From Squalus acanthias (taxonomy: Eukaryota): DNA of 64,000 nucleotides. A program made the translations under genes and the position numbers. Location of the stretch: positions 153,514,001-153,578,000 of the forward strand of contig CM059432.1 of assembly GCA_030390025.1 (NCBI GenBank), in the 5' to 3' direction. The notes beneath the pieces are model-generated. The model was not told the origin of the DNA. It saw only the letters and a list, made by a program, of their open reading frames with translations, and searched no databases. The stretch's first letter is position 1; each line of letters starts with the position of its first letter. Of this stretch, positions 23,761-36,245 are shown piece by piece.

Positions 23761-26099
23761 AATTTAAAAAACACAGAAACCACACGCACAGTATCTTGCA
23801 ATGCAAGCTCTGTTTAAAGGCGTGCTTGAAACATATGTTCCTTTTCTGTTACTGTAGACCTGGAAGAGCAGCCAGCCAGCCAGCACTGCCAGTGGCTCGG
23901 AACAAGACAGCAGTACAAGGCCCTCTTACTGAAGTTTGCACGTGCCTGTACAGTTGCATACATGCAGGACAATGCCGTTTGTGAACTTAAGTAGATAAAC
24001 CTGGGTGAGGTACAATCATGAGGTGAAGAGCAGGAGCTTGTGGTGTGCTGAAGAAGTAGGAACCTACTGGCCAGGTGGACATACGTGTTTCATCAATAAA
24101 GTCCTGCACTCCTAGGAAATCTGCCACTCTGAAAGAGTGCCATCTCCTCTGCTGGTGACTTTGGGTTGGATAGGTTTGAAAACATTGCCTTGGAAAACAA
24201 GCCATCAGTGCTAGTGGGACACACTTCAAAATTGCCTCTAAAGTTGCTTACTAACAATGAGGAGGAAAGCATACTTTACACAACAGATGTGGACTGTTCC
24301 AGCAGTAGTTTATGGCTAGCATACAAAACTGCAAAAAATTAAGTCCTATGTCCAAATATCGCAGCCTCTTCATCCGAAACTAAGTGGTTTTATCTTCAAC
24401 AGACTGTAATTCCTTATTTTGATTTTGAAATTCATATGTTTTTTTTTGCAAGTGCCACACTGCCTATTTTTTTTGTAGAAACACAGTATGTGCTGGGGAG
24501 TTGCTGTCTAACAGAAAAATGTATCACATGTGATGTGGAAACATAACTCATTTCTGTCTGGTTGTGAGCTTTTTGCTCTAATAATTAGCTTAATAAACCA
24601 CTTACTATTATCCATTCCTCAATTAGTAAAATATAGAATCATAAAAGCTGTAATGATCATATTGGAAAAACAAATGCAGAAATGTGCCTGTGCATCATTC
24701 ACTCCTAGTTCTTTAGCTTATTACATCAAGACCAAAAGCCATTTTCAATAAATAAAGATGAATGGCTAAGAGCAGATTTATCCATAATCCTTTCAAATCT
24801 GTTCAACTAGTGCAGCAATACATCATCATTACCTCCGTTTATTAGAATTTTCTAATATTGGAATGTTCTGACAACGCAGCTGATGGATTACTATGCACAG
24901 TTGTAACCAAGTGAAAAAGTAGTGACCAAACCCATGGGAATTCCTTAATTTCCTGTGCAATCATTGTGGATATTTAAAATCAGTCATAGAATTCATCTTG
25001 CCACCTCCATCTGTAATTCACATGATAAGAAGAAACATACAATTTAATTCTTCTTGAATGTCAAACACTATTACTATGAGAGTAATGATTTACTTAGTGA
25101 TTTTAAACTTGTTAAATACTTATCTTCACCCATTATAATGATGCTAGCTTCCAATGTGTATTGTCAATGAAGATTTGTTACTAAGTATAAGAAGGAAAGA
25201 ATAATTACTTAAAGCCGCACTTGACAATCATTGTAGTAATGTGTTGTGATTAAGCTTATTACAGCTCCAGAGACATTTACAGAATCCTAATGTTGCTTGA
25301 CAGTAGAGGCTTTTCACTACTCCCGAGGAATCCAAAACATAAGCATTTTTGTCCTGCTTTAGTTTTCAGTAACTAAGCAACTTTGGAACACGATTCAAGC
25401 CATTTAACTAAAATGATTCCTTCAAATTCCAGACATTTTTTGAAGACTATATATCACCATGGCTTAAATCTACTATTATAATCCATTAAGCGATTCCTTT
25501 ATAAACCTTAAATAACTGACATGCCTCTCTAAATGCATGCCTAGTTCGATCGCAGCTATTCCATCTTTTGCAAAATACCTATGTACGGAACCCGCAGATA
25601 ATAAAGTCTCTGAACTTTATCTATGGGTTCGATTGTCAATCTCAAAATCAACCTTGTCTGGAAATATTGATGAAAAGAATTCCATGACGATTTACTGAAT
25701 GTCTATGGCCTGGATTTTGCTTTCAGCAGGCAGTAATGGGTTGTTACTGACAGTGAACTGTTTCCGCCCATTATTTTACATGTTTCACTACTGGTGATAA
25801 CCAGCAATCTAAGATATTCAAATCACCCTACATTCCTCTGTTTCTATTCAGGGCAGAAGTGCAGCTATCAGGTGCATATAAAGAGAGGGTGGGAAGTGCA
25901 ACACAAATGGCAAGGAGGGACCAATAACAGACACTGTTTGATACAACCCCCTCCCCCATGACATAAGAACACAAGGGTGGAGTCGGGTTTTACCCAGGAG
26001 AAGACTGCAGCTGCATCCGTCAGGAAAGAAAAATGGTTTACACAAATCAGTATTGCAGAAATAGAGTCAACGGTTCCTTTGCCAGTGTGTTCTGTTTTA

Positions 26100-26465
26100 A
26101 TTTCAAACCAGTTTTAATCTCAAAGCTGATTCCCAGATGTTCTAAGTTTTCCATCTCTTCCATTGATTCATCTTTTCCTTTGGCCTCCCACTCCCTTGGC
26201 TATTCACATGCTCCTTGTTTCTTTAATGTTTCTTTCCAACACTTGTCTGAGATGGTCTGTTCCATCATCCAGCAATCATTCCAGCAATACTTCCTCTCGA
26301 TTTTTCTTTTGACTGTTCTCCTTCCACAATTCTATTAAAACATTTGCTTGTTTCTTACTTTCTAGTACTGAAGAAGGGTAGAGGCTAAAGTGTCAATTGT
26401 CTGATCTCTGCACAGATACTGACTGGTCTGGGGATGTGTTTGTAGTTTTTTCTGGTTTTGTTTCA
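26100..26465 (+). repeat. Degenerate Penelope-like terminal repeat
   Basis: Pyrimidine-rich stretch, then CTGAAGAAGGGT (26368), then CACAGATACTGACTGGTCTG, a degenerate form of the foldback arm. Confidence 0.45.
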
Positions 26466-26565
26466 ATTCTTCATGCTGGCGTTTCAAACATAAAAAGCTG
26501 GGGTACTGTCCATGAATCAGTTGGCCTGCACTATGATTATGCTACACCTATAATGGAAAGTTAAT

Positions 26566-27309
26566 GGCCCAAAAATTAGTCTTAGTACGCGAGAGTATGC
26601 ACTGTGTACTCTCGCGTATTCTGTCTCCAATTGCCGGTTTTCTGCATGCACTGCGCATGCGCTGAAAACCGGCACTTGGTGAACTCAAAAGGGGGCGGTT
26701 CCTAAGTGAACCGCGTGCGCGCTACAGGCTGCGCACACGCAGTGCACTTAGTGCTTTGAACGCGCAGGTAAGCATGGAAGATTTTGCACATAAAGAAAGG
26801 AGGCGTAAGACCCTCTTTTAACAAGGTAAGTAGTTAATTAAGTATTATTTTAAATTTTTTTCAACAGGTTTATCTTTTTTAGAGACTTTAAAGAAAGGTA
26901 AGTTTATTTTTATAACTTTTAAAAAGATTTTAAATTTTTTCAAAAATTTAATTTTTTGTTTAAAGTGGTTAATTTATTTAACTATACTTATTTTATTAAT
27001 GTGATGGTTTTTAAAAAAAATTTAATTGAGGTTTAGCTGTTCTTTTGGGGGGGTATAGATTCATAGCTTTGACAGCCCTTGCAGTCAAAACTATGAATGA
27101 AAGATGGTGTGCTGCCATTGGCTCTAACTGAATCACGTGATCCCACAGCTCGCACGAATTAACTGCGTCTGTGGGATACGCACACACTGCACAGCTGCAG
27201 CCTTGAAACTAAAGTTCATGTGAGCTCGGAAGGAAAAGGCAGGCGCGCAGTGAGATATCGCGGGGAAGCCTTACCCCCGCAGGAAGGCTCCGTCTTTAAT
27301 TTCTGGGCC
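26566..27309 (-). mobile_element. Harbinger-type MITE, family M1 (copy C)
   Basis: TIRs GGCCCAAAAATTA / TAATTTCTGGGCC, TSD AAT (26563-26565, 27310-27312). Confidence 0.95.
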
Positions 27310-27477
27310 AATAGCTATACAAAATGTACTTTTAACTGATTACTGACAGATGAAACTCACTCAAAAAGTGGGCAGTGAAGAGGAACATCTTTTTAATTAA
27401 ATTTCTTTTGATTGTTGCTCACATCGAGTCTGTCATTTATGTTGCAGCCATCGAGCTGCCGGGCCATTGGTCAACTT

Positions 27478-30400
27478 TTGATGCCCAGTTTGAGTTCCGC
27501 GAAGACCACTCGGCTCCTGACCTCATTACATTTAAGGAACTAATGCATGAATTGCAACAGTTATACATTCCTTTCTGGCGCAAAAACACAAAAGGAAAAG
27601 CGGCCCAACCATGGCTAACAAAAGAAATTAAGGATAGTATTAGATCCAAAGAGGAGTCATATAAAGTTGCCAGAAAAAGTAGCAAGCCTGAGGATTGGGA
27701 GCAGTTTAGAGTTCAGCAAAAAGGGACCAAGAGATTGATTAAGAGGGGAAAAATAGAGTATGAGAGTAAACTTGCAAGGAACGTAAGAGCGGATTGTAAA
27801 AGCTTTTACAAGTATGTAAAAAGAAAAAGATTAGTGAAGACAAATGTAGGTCCCTTACAGTCAGAAATGGAGAATTTATAATGGGGAACAAGGAAATGGC
27901 TGAGCAATTAAACAAATACTTTGGTTCTGTCTTCACTGAAGAGGACACAAATAACTTCCCAGAAATGCTAGGGAACCAAGGGTCTAGTGAGAAGGAGGAA
28001 TTAAAGGAAATTAGTATTAGTAAAAAAATAGTGATGGAGAAATTAATGGGACTGAAAGCCGATAAATCCCCAGGCCCTGATAATCTGCATCCCAGAGTAC
28101 GAAAAGAGGTAGCCATGGAAATAGTGGATGCATTGGTTGTCATCTTCCAAAATTCTATAGATTATGGAACAGTTCCTGCAGATTGGAGGGTGGCAAATGT
28201 AACCCCACTATTTAAAAAAGGAGGGAGAGAAAACAGGGAACGACAGACCGGTTAGCCTAACATCAGTAGTAGGGAAAATGCTAGAGTCTATTATAAAGGA
28301 TGTGATAACAGGACACTTGGAAAATATAAACGGGATTAGACAAAATCAACATGGATTTATGAAAGGGAAATCGTGTTTGACAAACCTACCGGAGGTTTTT
28401 GAGGATGTAACTGGTAGACTAAATAAGGGAGAACCAGTGGATGTGGTGTATTTGGATTTTCAGAAGGCCTTTGATAAAGTCCCACATAAGAGGTTAGTGT
28501 GCAAAATTAAAGCACATGGGATTGGGGGTAATATACTGGCATGGATTGGAAATTGGTTAACAGACAGGAAACAGAGAGTAGGAATAAATGGGTCTTTTTC
28601 GGGGTGGCAGGCGGTGACTAGTGAGGTACCGCAGGGATCAGTACTTGGGCCCCAGCTATTCACAATATATATCAATGATTTGGATGAGGGAACCAAATGT
28701 AATATTTCCAAGTTTGCTGACGACACGAAACTACTTGAGATTGTGAGTTGTGAGGAGGATGCAAAGAGGCTTCAAGGCGATTTAGACAAGTTGAGTGAGT
28801 GGGCAAATACATGGCAGATGCAGTATAACGTGGATAAATGTGAAGTTATCCACTTCGGTAGGAAAAACAGACAGGCAGAGTATTATTTAAATGGTGATAG
28901 ATTGGGAAATGTTGATATACAGAGGGACCTAGGTGTCCTTGTACACCAGTCACTGAAAGCAAACATGCAGGTGCAGCAAGCAGTTAGGAAGGCAAATGGT
29001 ATGTTGGTCTTCATTGCAAGAGGATTTGAGTACAGGAGCAAGGATGTCTTACTACAGTTATACAGGGCCTTGGTGAGACCACACCTGGAGTACTGTGTGC
29101 AGTTTTGGTCCCCTTACCTAAGAAAGGATATACTTGCCATAGAGGGAGTGCAGCAAATGTTCACCAGACTGATTCCTGGGATGGCAGGACTGTCGTATGA
29201 GGAGAGATTGGGTCGACTAGACCTGTATTCACTAGAGTTTAGAAGAATGAGAGGGGATCTCATTGAAACGTATAAAATTCTGACAGGGCTAAACAGACTG
29301 GATTTAGGGAGGATGTTTCCCCTGGCTAGGGGGTCTAGAACGAGGGGTCACAGTCTCAGGATACGGGGTAGGAAATTTAGGACTGAGATGAGGAGAAATT
29401 TCTTCACTCAGAGGGCGGTGAACCTGTGGAATTCTCTACCACAGAAGGCAGTGGAGGCCAAGTCACTGAATATATTTAAGAAGGAGATAGATAGATTTCT
29501 AGACACAAAAGGCATCAAGGGGTATGGGGAGAGAGCGGGAATATGGTATTGAGATAGCGGATCAGCCATGATCATATTGAATGGCGGAGAAGGCTCGAAG
29601 GGCTGAATGGCCTACTCCTGCTCCTATTTTTCTATGTTTCTACAGCCTTGGTCCAAACATGGGCAAAGGAGCTGAATTCCAGAGGTGAGGTGAGAGTGAC
29701 TGCCCTTGACATCAAGACAGCATTTGACCGAGTGTGGCATCAAGGAGCCTGAAACTGAAGTCAATGGGAATCGGGGGGAAAATGCTCCACTGGCTGGAGT
29801 CATACCTAGCACAAAGGAAGATGGTTGTGGTGGTTAAAGGTCAATCATCACAGCCCCAGGACATCGCTGCAGGAATTCCTCAGGACAGTGTCCTAGGCCC
29901 AACCATCTCCAGCAGCTTCATCAATGACCTTCCCTCCAACATAAGGTCAGAAATGGGGATGTTCGCTGATGATTGCACAGTGTTCAGTGCCATTCACAAC
30001 TCCTCCGATAATGAAGCAGTCCATGCCCGCATGCAACAAGACCTGGACGACATTCAGGCTTGAGCTGATAAGTGGCAGGTAACATTCGCACCACACAAGT
30101 GCCAGGCAATGACTATCTCCAACAAGGGAGCATCTAATCCCCACCCCTTGACATTCAACGGCATTACCATCGGCGAATCCCCCACCATCAATATCCTGGG
30201 GGGTCACCATTGACCAGAAACTTAACTGGACCAGCCACATAAATACTGTGGCAACAAGAGCAGGTCAGAGGCTGAGTATTCTGCGGCGAGTGTCTCACCT
30301 CCTTACTCCCCAAAACCTTTCCATCATCTACAAGGCACAAGTAAGGAGTGTGATGGAATACTCTCCACGTGCCTGGATGAGTGCAGCTCCAACAACACAA

Positions 30401-30860
30401 GCAGCTCGACACCATCCAAGACAAAGCAGCCCGCTTGATTGGCACCCCATCCACCACCTTAAACATTCACTCCCTCCACCATCGGCGTACCGTGGCTGCA
30501 GTGTGTACCATCTACAATATGCGCTGCAGCAACTCGACAAGGCTTCTTCGACAGCACCTCCCAAACCCGCGACCTCTACCACCTAGAAGGACAAGGGCAG
30601 CAGGCGCATGGGAACACCATCACCTCCAAGTTCCCCTCCAAGTCACACACCATCCTGATTTAGAAGTATATCGCCGATCCTTCATCGTCGCTGGGTCAAA
30701 ATCCTGGAACTCCCTCCCTAACAGCACAGTGGGAGCACCTTCACCACATGGACTGCAGCAGTTCAAGAAGGCGGCTCACCACCACCTTCTCAAGGGCCAC
30801 TAGGGATGGGCAATAAATGCTGGCCTTGCCAGCGATGCCCACATCCCATAAACGAATATT
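27478..30860 (+). mobile_element. Second-family LINE (27478-27530 + 29641-30860) interrupted by a CR1 insertion
   Basis: ..GACCTCATTACA | TACAGCCTTGGTCC.. rejoins to the sequence seen uninterrupted at 22541-22562. Confidence 0.9.
27531..29640 (+). mobile_element. Young 5'-truncated CR1 LINE with 424-aa open RT segment
   Basis: ORFs 27375-27881 (3' part), 27881-28255, 28278-29552; apparent TSD TACA (27527-27530, 29641-29644). Confidence 0.96.
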
Positions 30861-30914
30861 AAAAAAATGTTGGTGTTCAGAGAGATTTATGTGTCCGAGC
30901 ACAGGAAACAGAGA

Positions 30915-31575
30915 GGGGATGAAATTGGGCGCCTTTGCGCCTCCTGTTAGTTTTGTGGCGGTGCTACAGCGTTGGGCCCCGATCTCCTTCGCCCAGAGAT
31001 CGTGACGTCGTCGCCATGCGCATTGCCTTGGTTGCGCCCCAGATCCGAAATTGACTTCCGCCCCCTGCAGCAGTGCCGGCCGAATACACCGACAGCTGCA
31101 GGAGGTGTGCATCGGGCGGCCGGCCGCTTCAGGGGCGATGATTAAAGGCAAGGTGGCCGAAGTAAGTCAAAGAAAAACTTACCTTTCTTGTTCCAGTTTT
31201 TGCCTGCGATCAATCAGCCAGGCACTCTGCTTGAGAGCCGAGCTGATCGCGTGGGATCACGGCTGCCTTGGTGGTCCAGGTAGGTACTTTTTCTATTGCA
31301 GAGCCTGCAGCGATGGCCCTTCCCTTTAAGGGAGGGAAGGAGCCTTTGAACGCGGCAGCGCTGCACAGCCCAGTGTGGAGCACTGCTGAAGTCTCCGCCC
31401 CGCCGACTTCCAATTGCGCTCCAAGAGGAAGTGGAGTGCTTGATTTAGCGTTCCACTTCCTTCCAGGAGTGCAAAAACAAATTTTTTTAAAGTTAAGAAA
31501 CATTAGCGCCTGGCGCTAATTTTCCCAACTTTTAAAATTTAGCGCCCCAACCGTGGCTATAATGAATTTCTCCCC
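30915..31575. mobile_element. Harbinger MITE related to family M2
   Basis: TIRs GGGGATGAAATT / AATTTCTCCCC, TSD AGA; TTAGCGCC/GGCGCTAA subterminal motifs. Confidence 0.85.
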
Positions 31576-32967
31576 AGAATGTTCGCATGTAGGTAGAGTA
31601 AACAATTAGGAAGGCAAGTGGCATGTTAGCCTTTATTGCAAGGGGGTTAGAGTACAAGAGTAAAGAAGTCTTGCTACAATTGCGCAGGGCTTTAGTGAGA
31701 TCACACCTGGAGTACTGTGCACAGTTTTGATCTCCTTATCCAAGAAGGACATACTTGTCTTCGAGGCAATGCAACAAAGATTCACTAGTTTGAGTCCTGG
31801 GATGAGATCATTGTCCAATGAGGAGAGATTGAGCAGATTGGGCCTATACTCTCTGGAGTTTAGAAGAGTGAGAGGTGATCTCATTGAAACTTATAGTATT
31901 CTGAGGGGGATTGACAGGGTAGATGCTGAGAGGTTGTTTCCCCTGGCTGCTAGAGTCGAGAACTAACGGATATAGGGGGAAAAATTCGGTTGGTTTGCAC
32001 CTCCCGTTAGCGCCCTAAGAGGGCGCTAATGGGGCGCAAAGCAACTAGCGCCCGGGCGCGGCGATGTTTGTGCCGCTCACAAAATTGACTAGAGTTTTTG
32101 CGGTGGCGCAAAAGTTTACTGCCCCGATCTCCTGCGCCCGCAGATCGTGACGTCAGTCGAGCGTGCAATGCCCTGGTGGCGCCCCGGACCGGATTTTGAG
32201 TGGCGCCCCCCTCCTTTCCGCCTGCCGCTAGCAACGACAGGGAGACTGGAACGTTTCCCAGTCGGTGAGGGGCTGGGGGGGCGCTATTTAAAGGCGCCCT
32301 CTTCCTGCCTTTTTCTGTGGTAGATATTTTTGCACCACTCATTCTGACAGAGAGAGAGATTCTGAGAGAGAGAGAGAGACTTCTGCATAGAGTCAACGCT
32401 GTGTGAAGTAGTTTTGGCTGCTGAGCATCACTTTGCAGGTACTTTTGGATTTGACTTCATTACTTCGATTGTCAAGAGACTTTGGGGCCTGCACTGATTC
32501 GGTATGTCGTCCTGCGCCTGCAGAATCGGAGGCAACAGAGACTCAGAGAGAGAGTGGCAATTATGGCCAGACGGAGGAGGGCCAACAGGCCTCTGCACAG
32601 GAGACCTTACCCTCCCAGGGTAGTCCGGGAACAATTCTCCAACATTCATTTGTCTGAGGAGCAGTGTTTGCGCAGGCTGCGCTTCAGCAAGGAGGTGGTC
32701 ACTGAGCTCTGCCACCTGCTGCAGCCAGATCTGCAGCCTCAACTGAGGACCAGGACGTCTCTGTCGGTGGCAGTGAAGGTCACAGTGGCTCTAAATTTTT
32801 ATGCCACCAGTTCCTTTCAAGCAGCTACTGGGGACATCGCCAATATCTCCCAGTTCACGGTCCATTGCTGTATCCATCAGGTCACAAATGCCCTCTATAA
32901 AAGGAGACGCCAGTACAGCTCTTTCCCGATGACCCGGGTCAAACAGCATGAACGCGCATTGGGCTTT

Positions 32968-35285
32968 ACATAGAAACATAGAAGATAGGAGCAGGAGTAG
33001 GCCATTCGGCCCCTCGAGCCTGCTCCGCCATTCAATGCGATCATGGCTGATCATCCAAATTCAGTACCCTGTCCCTGCTTTCTCCCCATATCCCTTGGTC
33101 CCTTTAGCCTTAAGAAATATATCTAACTCCTTCTTGAATATATTTAATGAATTGGCCTCAACTGCTTTCTGTGGTAGAGAATTCCACAGGTTCACCACTC
33201 TCTGGGTGAAGAAATTCCTCCTCCTCTCAGTCCTAAATGGCTTACCCCTTATCCTTAGACTGTGACCTCTGGTTCTGGACTCCCCCGCCATCGGGAACAT
33301 CCTTCCTGCATCTAGTCTGTCTAGTCCTGTTAGAATTTTATAAGTTTCAATGAGATCCCCTCTCATTCTTCTAATCTCTAGCGAATATAAGCCTAATCGA
33401 CCCAATCTCTCTTCATACGTCATTCCTGCCATCCCAGGTATCAGTCTGGTGAATCTTCGCTGCACTTCCTCCATGGCAAGAACATCTTTTCTCAGATAAG
33501 GCGACCAAAACTGCACACAATACTCAAGGTGTGGTCTCACCAGGGCCCTGTACAACTGCAGCAAGACATCCTTGCTCCTGTACTCGAATCCTCTCGCTAT
33601 GAAGGCCAACATACCATTTGCCTTCTTAACTGCCTGCTGCACCTGCATGCTTACCTTCAGCGGCTGGTGCACAAGGACACCCAGGTCTCGTTGCACTTCC
33701 CCTTTTCCCAATCTATTGCCGTTCAGATAATAATCTGTCTTCCTGTTTTTGCCACCAAAGTGGATAACCTCGCATTTATCCACATTATACTGCATCTGCC
33801 ATGCATCTGCCCAATCACCCAACCTGTCCAAATCATACTGGAGTTTCTCTGCATCCTCCTCACAGCACACACGCCCACCCAGCTTTGTGTCGTCTGCAAA
33901 CTTGGAGATATTACATCTAGTTCCCTCGTCTAGATCATTAATATATATTGTGAATAGCTGGGGTCCTAGCACCGATCCCTGCGGTACCCCACTAGTCACT
34001 GCCTGCCACTCGGAAAAAGACCTGTTTATTCCAACTCTTTGCTTCCTGTCTGCCAACCAGTCCTCAATCCAAGTCAGTACCTTACCCCCAATCCCATGGG
34101 GGAAAAATTCAGCTGCTTGCGCCTCCCGTTAGCGCCTTAAGAGGGCGCTAATGGGGCGTAAAGCAGCTAACGCCCGGGCGCAGCGCCGCCCACGCCTCCC
34201 GAAAAATTTAGTGGGAGGTTAGCGGCGGCGGCAGCCGGTAGCGCCCTGTGGCGCTGCGCCGCCGGCGATGACGTCATCGCCGTGCGCAGCACCCCGCTCG
34301 CGCCCCGGCCGTGATCTTCAGTCGCGCCCCCTGATTTACCGCCAGACGCTATGTCCGACGGGTTCAGGGAGGCGTACGTGCGGCCGGGGCGGCGATATTT
34401 AAAGCGGAGGTGGCAGGCGGCCATTTTTGTTGCTGGCCGCCTGCCAGCACCTGCCCCCGGCCCCCGTGAAGCCCCCCCACCGTGAAGTGCCGGCTGCGCT
34501 CCAAGAGCCCGGCACTTCTCTTGAGTGCCGGGCTCTTTTGCCGGCACTCCCGATCCCTGGGGGCCCAGCTGGGCCCCGGTTCGCGCTGCGCAGGGTCCCT
34601 CCCCTTTAAGAAGGGGAGGAAGGCCTGCAATACCGCGGCGCGACGTGCCGCAGCGCCACGTAGCGCCAGGATATTCACTCGCAGCGCCCCAAGAGGGATG
34701 CGGGCTGCTTCCAGTTGCGCCCCGCTTCCCTCTTGGGGCGCAACCACTGAAGTTCCGGCGCGGGGCCGCTAATTTTTTCGGGGCGCTAAAAGTCGTGCCC
34801 CGGCGAGGTTAGCGCCCCAAATGGGGCGCGACTCAATTTTTACCCCCATGTGCTTTAACTTTGCACGCTAATCTCTTATGCGGGACCTTATCGAAAGCCT
34901 TCTGAAAGTCCAAATACACCACATCCACTGGTTCTCCCTTATCTATTCTACCAGTTACATCCTCAAAAATTTCCAGTAGATTAGTCAAGCATGATTTACC
35001 TTTTGTAAATCCATGTTGACTTTGTCCGATCCTGTCACTGTTTTCCAAGTGCTCTGCTATTACATCTTTTATAATGTCTCTAGCATTTTCCCCACTATCG
35101 ATGTCAGGCTTACCGGTCTATAATTCCCTGTTTTCTCCCCACCACCTTTTTTAAATAGTGGGGTTACATTGGCAAGACATCCTTGCTCCTGTACTCGAAT
35201 CCTCTTGCTATGAAGGCCAACATACCATTTGGATATATTGTGAATAGCTGGGGTCCTAGCACCGATCCCTGCGGTACCCCACTAG
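32968..35285 (-). mobile_element. CR1 LINE inserted into the H1 transposase, itself split by a MITE
   Basis: ORFs 33061-34056 and 34833-35048; tail (TTCTATGT)n at 32968; rearranged 5' junction. Confidence 0.95.
34098..34846 (+). mobile_element. Harbinger MITE, family M2 (shares terminus with H1)
   Basis: TIRs GGGGGAAAAATT / AATTTTTACCCC, TSD CAT (34095-34097, 34847-34849); very CpG-rich. Confidence 0.93.
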
Positions 35286-36245
35286 GAGGATAGCGGGCTT
35301 CCCCATGGTGTAGGGCGCCATTGACTGCACGCATGTGGCATTGCGGGCACTGCATGAGAATGCAAAGGTTTTCTGAAACCGCAAGGGGTTCCACTCCTTA
35401 AATGTCCAGTTGGTCTGTGACCACAGACAGCTGATACTCGCTGTCAATGCCCGCTATCCTGGCAGCAGCCACGATGCTTTCATCCTGCACCAGACTGGTG
35501 TGCCAGACCTTTTCCAGGCACCGCATCAGCCAAGTGGTTAGCTCCTCGGGGACAAGGGTTATCCACTCTGCACCTGGCTGATGACACCGCTCCATAACCC
35601 CAACACCCCTGCTGAGCTGCGGTACAATGAGAGCCATCTCGCCACCAGGAACATCATTGAGCAGACGATCGGCATGCTGAAGCAACGGTTCCGCTGTCTG
35701 GACCACTCAGGAGGAGCCCTGCAGTACTCGCCTGAGCGAGTCTCCCTCTTCATAGTTGTGTGCTACATTCTTCATAACCTGGCAATCCTCAGGACTCAGC
35801 CAATGCCACCAGGCCTTGGTGCACCACCGGAAGAGGAGGAGGATGATCAGCAGCAGCACCAAGGCAGGAGGGAGGCCCACAATGTTGAAACTGCAAGGGC
35901 CGTCCGTCAACAACTGATAACAAGCCGCTTCTAGGCCCCTACTCAGGAAATGGCTTCTGGCATGGAGAACAACATGAATGAAAGCAACCCGCAACCCCAA
36001 AGCCAGCCAAGGCAGCAATGATTCCAAAGGTCAAACCTGTACATTTTGAATACAAAAACTTTTTTATTTTACAAACTCTGTGTGTGTCATTTCTTCATGG
36101 CAAACTAATAGAAACAAACACAAAAAATCATTAATTAACATAACTGGTTCTCACAACCTGGAGATAATGACGAAAACACTAAACAAAAGTTTGAACACGA
36201 ACCTCGGCCTTTAATAAAAAAATTCCCAACATTTCGTCACACCTC

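Larger units (their letters stand above)
32482..35934 (+). pseudogene. HARBI1-like Harbinger DDE transposase (32482-32967 + about 35284-35934), split by a LINE, three in-frame stops
   Basis: LSEEQCLRRLRF, VAVKVTVALNFYATSSFQ, IAGFP, GAIDCTHV (D 35323), [28 protein letters not shown] (D 35551), [18 protein letters not shown] (E 35659), ILHN; stops at 35311, 35374, 35539. Confidence 0.93.

Noticed and set aside
23858..23995. Terminal exon after TTACTGTAG acceptor
   Set aside because: All three frames stay open briefly, no recognisable protein and no upstream partner exon.
9086..27309. Composite macro-transposon or inversion bounded by M1 copies B and C
   Set aside because: The LINE continues on both sides of B and C has its own AAT TSD, so they are independent insertions.
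28278..29552. Functional host reverse transcriptase, retron or DGR-type gene
   Set aside because: Ordinary 5'-truncated CR1 ORF2 with upstream frameshifts and many paralogous copies in the window.
32482..35934. Domesticated HARBI1 gene
   Set aside because: Flanked by TIRs and TSD, interrupted by a LINE, with three stops; it is a transposon copy.
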